From: the human T2T-CHM13v2.0 reference genome, Homo sapiens
Direction: 5' to 3' (one strand)
Assembly (NCBI RefSeq): GCF_009914755.1
Contig: NC_060945.1
Length of the DNA stretch: 64,000 nucleotides
The notes below the pieces were generated by a model. The model saw only the letters and a list, made by a program, of their open reading frames with translations. It ran no database searches and was not told the DNA's origin. Positions 57,921 to 64,000 of this stretch are shown piece by piece. Within the stretch, counting starts at the first letter, position 1, and each line of letters starts with the position of its first letter. The translations under genes and the position numbers were made by a program.

Positions 57921-60110
57921 AAAAAGTGTAGGCTCATGAGTTCCTTCATCTAGTTTCATAGGCTTCCTTGCTATTATTTCAAAAGAAAAGAGCTGGTGTT
58001 TTCCAAATGAGGCAATCATAGTTTGAGCAGGACTGATGGGAGAGCCTGTGGCCAGGTAGTGTTAAAAACTTCTGTTAGTTTTGCCAGTTGAGGTTTTACT
58101 ATGCCATTGGTGTGTTCCACCAGTCCAGAGGATGTGGGCTATTGGGGGAGATGACAGTGATTGGTACAAAGAAAGTGTTGGAAAATAGGCAAAATGTTGC
58201 AAATGGATCAAATTACTTGACCAGTAAAGCATGTTTCTCAGTCACTATGGAGCTGAGATAAAACTCCTCATGTAGCAATTATCTTTTCTAATAACAATTT
58301 ACTTACTGCTTAAGCCATAGTTTGTCAGCATAAGAATGCGTCAATACAATGAGAGAACAAACAAATTACCACAAAAACATACCCATAACCCTGAGATGGA
58401 GGCAGCTGGGCAAAGAGTAATTGTTGTAACTTAAAGGGTCCTACAGGTAAATGAAAATGTCCACATGACCCATGAAAGGATTTTCCAGGATTGTTTGGGA
58501 CAAACACTACAGTAAGAAAAAACCTGTGCAACAGTAGTGGGTAGTTTTCAATAATATGGCTTTCCCCCTTGCTATTATTATGTCCGGATTCAAATGCAAA
58601 AAGGTAATTGAAATCCTAAAGGAAAGATCAGTTTATCCACACCATGAGCCTAATTCTGGGAAAAATTTGCCTTTTTTATTTTTCCAGTCGTCTATTTTCT
58701 TCTGAGGGCTGTTGTTTGTGGTTTCTTAAATAAAACTTTAATGGGTAATAAGTCTGTAAGGACATTTCAAAGCATTTATTGTCTAACATAACCCTCAAGG
58801 CTTCATTCTTAGCTACAGCATCAGTGAAATGGTTTCCTTTACTTTCTGGAATATCTAGTTTTGAATGACCAAGAACTTTAATGATGGCTAGATATTTGGG
58901 GTTTGGATTACTTCCAAGAGGTCGAAAATTTGTTGACAATTTTGGTGAATTGACCTGAAGAGGTCAGAACCTGTGTTGCTTCCAAAGCATCCCTCAAACC
59001 ATAAGCTACCGTGAATGCATATCTGCTGTGAGCACAAATGTTAGCCATGTTATTCTTTGCCAACTGACAAACTCAAGTTAGAGCAATCAATTCTACCAAC
59101 TGAGCCAATTTTATATATGGAAGAGGATTATCCTCTATAACCTCAGTTAGTGATACTATGGCATAACTAGCCCAAAATTTTTCAGATTTCATCTTTCAAA
59201 TTACAATCATCAGTGAGCCATATTATACTGGCATTATTTATGGGCATCTCTCTTAGGTCCTGTCTATCAGTCAGAAAGAGTGATGCAATCATATGGCATC
59301 CTCTCAGTAGGCAAGGGCAAGAGATTTGCTGGGTTAAGATTGTTATAGCAAAATATTAACATTAGGTGAGGACAAAAGAAGAGCTTTATAGGAAGCCAGT
59401 CATTTAACAGAGTAATGTTGGGTGTGATGTGAGTTCAGAAGAATTTCCAAACAGCAGAGTACAAATGGTAAAAGGGGATTCCCTAACTATTTCTTCAATA
59501 GCCTTAAAGGGCAAAGTGACGGCAGAGATTGCTCTTAAGCATGGTGGTATCCCTGTAGCCACTGCATCAAGTTGCTGGCTGTAGTATCTAGCAGGTCTAT
59601 TTTGTTCCCCATGTTTCTGTGTTAGGACTCCTAAGGTGTTTCCCTGATCTTCATCAATGAACACAGAAAACTGAAGGCTATAGTCGAGAGGCCCTAAAGC
59701 ACAGAAAGTTGCAAGACTTGATAAATTGTATGGCTTTCATTCCCTCTGGAGTCCAAACAAGAGAATCAGGCTGGTTCACTATCAAGAGGGTATGTAAAGG
59801 CTGAGCTATTAAAAAAATAGGTATCCAATTCCAACAGTGTCCAGCCAATTCCAGAAATCCTTGCTTCTTTTTTGAATGCGTAGGGAAGGCTAGAATTCGT
59901 TTAATCCTTCAGCAAGCCTTTGTTACAAATCAAGTGTCTCGTGTATTTTACCTGCATCTAGCAAAATTGGAGTTTCTCTTTAGAAATTTTGTGTCCCTTA
60001 AATGACAATTGTTTTCATAGATGCATGCTGTCATTCTTAGAGGTTTGCATATTCAGGGAATAAAGAAGGACACCATCTACACATTAGATGAGCATACATT
60101 CCCTCTAGTA

Positions 60111-60467
60111 CAGGGGTCCCCAGTCCCTGGGTCATGAACTGGTAATGGTCGATGGCCTGTTAGCAACTGTGCCAGACAGCAGGAGGTGAGTGGCAGGAGA
60201 GTAAGTATTACCATCTGAGCTCTACCTCCTGTCAGATCACTGGCCACATTAGATTTTTACAGAGGCGCAAACCCTATTGTGAACTGTGCATGAGAGGGTT
60301 TGAGGTTGTGTGCTGCTTGTGATAATCTAACTAATGCCTAATGATCTGAGGTGGAGCAGTTTCATCCTGAAGCCATCCACAACCCCCACCACGCCCCACC
60401 GCCAGTCCATGGAAAACTTGGCTTCTGGGAAATTGATCTCTGGTGCCAAAAATTTTGGGGACCTCTG
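60111..60467 (+). mobile_element. MER1B (hAT-Charlie MITE) inserted in ERV RT
   Basis: TIRs caggggtcccca...tggggacctctg, internal 'cagcaggaggtgagtggc' and 'aaccctattgtgaactgtgcatg'. Degenerate 8-bp TSD ctctagta / ccctaaca. Confidence 0.92.
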
Positions 60468-61469
60468 CCCTAACAAATGTACATTAACCAACTTAGATTT
60501 CAAGATTTGAAAAAATACAGGAATTGCTCTCAGTATAACCTTGGGGCATGATGGTCCAGGTATACTGGTAGTCATCTCAAGTAAAAGCAAGTGAGTATTG
60601 ACTCCATGGGCCTACTGGAATATCAAAGGAAACACTGCATAAATCAACCATGGTATGTATATATATACAACTTTCAGTAAGGACTGCTGCCAAAAGAATA
60701 TGGGCTTTTGGTACCACCAGATGTCTTGGGATCACAATGTTCTTGACAGTTCTCAAATGTTATACAAAAGTCCAGCCCCTCCTGTTTGGCTTCCTTACAG
60801 AAAGGATCAGAGTATTACATTGGCTGGTGCAAGAAATAATTAGACCATTTTAAATATATCTTTTATTATGGGTCTGATTCCTTCAATTGCTCTAGGCCTT
60901 AGAGGATATTGTCTGGTAAAGGTTTAATAAGGTTTACTTCTACTTTACTGAGGGTGGATTAATATATTTTACCAAAGTGAGTAGAAGATTGGGATGAAAA
61001 GTGGTCTGGCAAAGCTTGCAATAAGCCATCAATGTCATTCATTAGTCCCAGTTCAGAAAAAAAATTGTTTGAACTATATTTTTTATAATTTTAGTGTTTT
61101 CATTCTTAGTCTGTAGTTGTTCCATTTGCTCCTTCTATTCCAAATTTAACTATATTTCCCCCTTTTGTGAGAAGGAAATTAGTGTATTATGAAATTCCAA
61201 AAAAAATCTCTGCCCAAGAGATGTATGGGAGCCAAGGCAACAGGCCGAAGGGAATGAAGGCCACTAAATGAGCTTACTTAAAATTCTCAGGGTTTGGACT
61301 TATATACAGTCATAGGTTCATTAGATACCGCTACCATTTCTTACAGTTTTATTACTCTAAGAAAGGAGACAGTTTAAAGTGGTAGGGCTGAGAACAGAGA
61401 GAGTAGCCTCAGTGTCTCTGAGGGTACACATCTGTTTTCCATTTGTGGAAATTTCCATTTCTCCTAATA

Positions 61470-62685
61470 CATCTTTGAGACCTTAGTTTTTTCTTCTTTC
61501 TGAATAGTTTTAGAAAGTTGATCTCCCACACTTCCTAAGTTATGGGTTTGTATATCTGCAAAGTTAAGATGGTATTATTTAAATAAGGTAACCAAGTCTT
61601 CATGTAAGCCATTGAAGAAAGCAGAATTTATAAGAAAATCATTCTGATGACCTTGGAGGCTAGCATCAGGCATTTCAGAATATTGTTTAAATGTTTTTTT
61701 TTTCAAGCTGTTCAAAATAATCCAGCACAGATTCATCTGGCTTTTTAGAGCATTGATTAATTCTCCTCAAAGCTACATTATTTGGAAAGGTCTGGAGAAT
61801 GGCATCACAAAGAGCCTGGGCTAAGGTGTAGACACCTTCATGGTTGGCTTCAGTCTTTTTTTAAAACATCCTATGAGGTATTGTTCTAAGCTTGCCATTT
61901 TCAACCATTCAGTGGCCCTGTCTTTCGATGCCAGCGTGTGAACTAATTGATAAAAGTCAGACTATCTGTGTTCTTATGTCCTGACAATTAAATGAATTTT
62001 TTTTTTTTTTTTTTTTTTTTTTGCAAACACTATGGGATCTTGGAGAAGCTCTGGGAAGTCTTTTATACTATTCTTAAGTTCAGTCTTTGTCCAACGGGTG
62101 TGCATAATAGGAGGCTCACATCTTTCTGCAGGTTTTACCTTGAAAGGGGCTGCAAAAATAGGAGTTTCAGAAAGGATGTCAGAGATGTAGAAAATTTCCT
62201 CAGGTGGTCAGGGAGGTAGAGTTGAAGGCAAGTAAGGACAGGAAAGTTTAGATACAAGAAGATATAAAGGTTCAGGCGTGGGTGGAGAAGGAGCAGTGGA
62301 GGTGGAAGGGAGAAGAAGGTCTCCTAAGTGAAGTCCTTTTTAATTCAGAAATAGTCTCAGATATCTTTTTCTTTATCTCCTGAATGGAGGCAATTTTTTC
62401 AACCTTTTTAGAAGCTTCTACCTGCCATTAGAAGTGAGTCTCTCATTCAATATTTCTGGTTTTAAAACCAGTTTTTCCGGTTGTACATGCAAATAATTTT
62501 GTAAGCATTTCAAAAGACCCACATTTCAGCCACTGTAGCTTATCACCAACCTGGGCCATGGGGGTCCATTTTTCTAGATATTTACAAAAGAACACTCTTT
62601 AAGTATTTTACATAAAACCAAATGGTGTTTTTAAAGGAGATCATCCCTTTAAAAAGTGCTCATATTTTGAAGCTTGATTTTCCAT
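61470..62685 (-). pseudogene. ERV1 gag remnant
   Basis: Minus ATG at 62685 reads 'MENQASK' (a decayed MGNQ myristoylation start is inferred). MA-like 'LEKWT...LQWLKCGSFE' follows, then a proline-rich segment at about 62220-62320 (purine-rich on plus). Confidence 0.7.
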
Positions 62686-63455
62686 AATTTAAGAACTTTT
62701 GGAAAGCGTCCAAGGCTGAAAACATGCTTTGGGTCAAAGTATGCTGCCTATGAGCATCACTCCCCAGAGCGTCACCTAAACATCATGAATTGCTATATTG
62801 GGTGTCTCAGAATTTCTGGCTAATTACAGTGGCAGTGGCAGAGTGCTCAGAGTGCCAGGTGACCAACTCTTATGTGCACTTTCTGGCTGAGCTGAAAGTC
62901 CCTCCAGGTTTTCTTTTTTCAGGGAAGCCCTATAAGGCTGCTATACATCACAGCCAAATGTTGAGGCCCCTCTGCAAAGTCTGTAGTCTCCTAGAGCACC
63001 CAAATGGGTCGGGGGAGCAATTGCCTCTTCTCTTTTGAATAGAAAATAAGCCTCATAAAATACAGGGGCAGAATTTGGTTACAATAAGAAATAAAGCAGG
63101 TCCAGAAAAGCATTACTTCAAAACAATTGTTCAGATAGAGAAAATCCATCAGTGTTCACTGTTTAACCAATAAGCCAAACTTCTGGCCAAAGGCAAAGGT
63201 AGAAAAGGCAGCTTTTTTGTTTTTGTTTTGTTCCTGAGACCCAAATATACCAGATGGAAACCTCCATTCTAGAAAGGGAGGGTTGGAATAGACAGATAAA
63301 GAAAAGTCTAGACATCATCAAAGAGTAGGGAGGTCAGAATCCAGAAGGACTCATTCCTTACACTGGATAATGCTGTCAGAGGCAGAACACAAGGGGTTCT
63401 AGGTGACCAGGCATCAAGTCCAGAAAGAGTGTTGCATGGTGGGATGGATTGCTCT

Positions 63456-63475
63456 GAACCCTGCTTGCAGTGTCA
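63456..63475 (-). promoter_or_regulatory. Primer-binding site, tRNA-Ser-like
   Basis: Minus 'tgacactgcaagcagggttc' lies just downstream of the 5' LTR. The recalled complement of the tRNA-Ser(TGA) 3' end is TGGCGCAGCGAGCAGGGTTC (16/20 match, two mismatches are CpG-type). Confidence 0.6.
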
Positions 63476-63580
63476 GAAATGTTGATCTAAATAATGAAAT
63501 TGAGTGACAAAATAAAATTTTGGAGTTTACTTGAGCCAAAGTGAGGACAGCTGCCTATGAAACACTTCCGGGTTACCTCG

Positions 63581-63908
63581 TGTATTAGTCTGGTTTCACA
63601 CTGCTAATAAAGACCTACCCGAGACTGGGTAATTTATAAAGGAAAGTAGTTTAATGGACTCACAGTACCACATAGCTAGGGAGGCCTCGCAATCATGGTG
63701 GAAGGCAAAGGAGAAGCAAAGGCACATCTTACATGGTGGCAGTCAAGAGAGCATATGTAGGAGAACCCTCATTTATAAAACCATCAGATCTCATGAGACG
63801 TATTCACTACCACGAGAACAGGTATGGGGGAAATCGCCCCCATGATTCAATTGTCTCCACCTGGTTCTGCCCTTGAGCTTTGGGTGGGGACACAGCCAAA
63901 CCATAACA
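63581..63908 (-). mobile_element. THE1B/C-like solo LTR inserted in the provirus 5' LTR
   Basis: 'tgtattagtc...ggggacacagccaaaccataaca' with TSD cctcg (63576-63580) / ccttg (63909-63913). Short internal deletion near 63877. Confidence 0.93.
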
Positions 63909-64000
63909 CCTTGTGAAGTGCATTTTTCAGCTTTTGTTACAAGCATGTTTTTAAAGAAAGCAGGGAAAGAAGTGGACTGAAACAAGGTTGTTTGTCAGAA

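Overview
This is AT-rich, CpG-depleted catarrhine primate DNA (AluY, L1PA and THE1 are present). It is intergenic or deep intronic, and I found no supportable host protein-coding exon or RNA gene. The window is mostly nested transposable elements. (i) An ERVL pol-dUTPase remnant with an MLT2 3' LTR (17.8-24.3 kb) carries a solo LTR and a full-length THE1 that itself carries an AluY. (ii) An ancient L1 5' portion spans 27.9-31.7 kb. (iii) An old MLT1 LTR-internal-LTR element spans 36.9-38.8 kb. (iv) A near full-length, heavily decayed ERV1 provirus (MER101-like LTRs, gag-pro-pol-env, tRNA-Ser-like PBS) runs on the minus strand from 52.9 kb to the window end. It is interrupted by two Alus, a twin-primed 5'-inverted L1PA, a MER1B and a THE1 LTR. 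The structure least explained by known repeats is at 40.0-42.7 kb: three copies of a unique unit interleaved with GATA tracts, then a 66-bp inverted repeat whose spacer copies sequence 2.4 kb upstream, plus a second displaced copy. This resembles a replication or repair template-switching scar. Similar small palindromes lie at 35.1 kb and 53.9 kb. All family names come from recalled consensus motifs, not a database search. I see no evidence for a novel protein-coding system.
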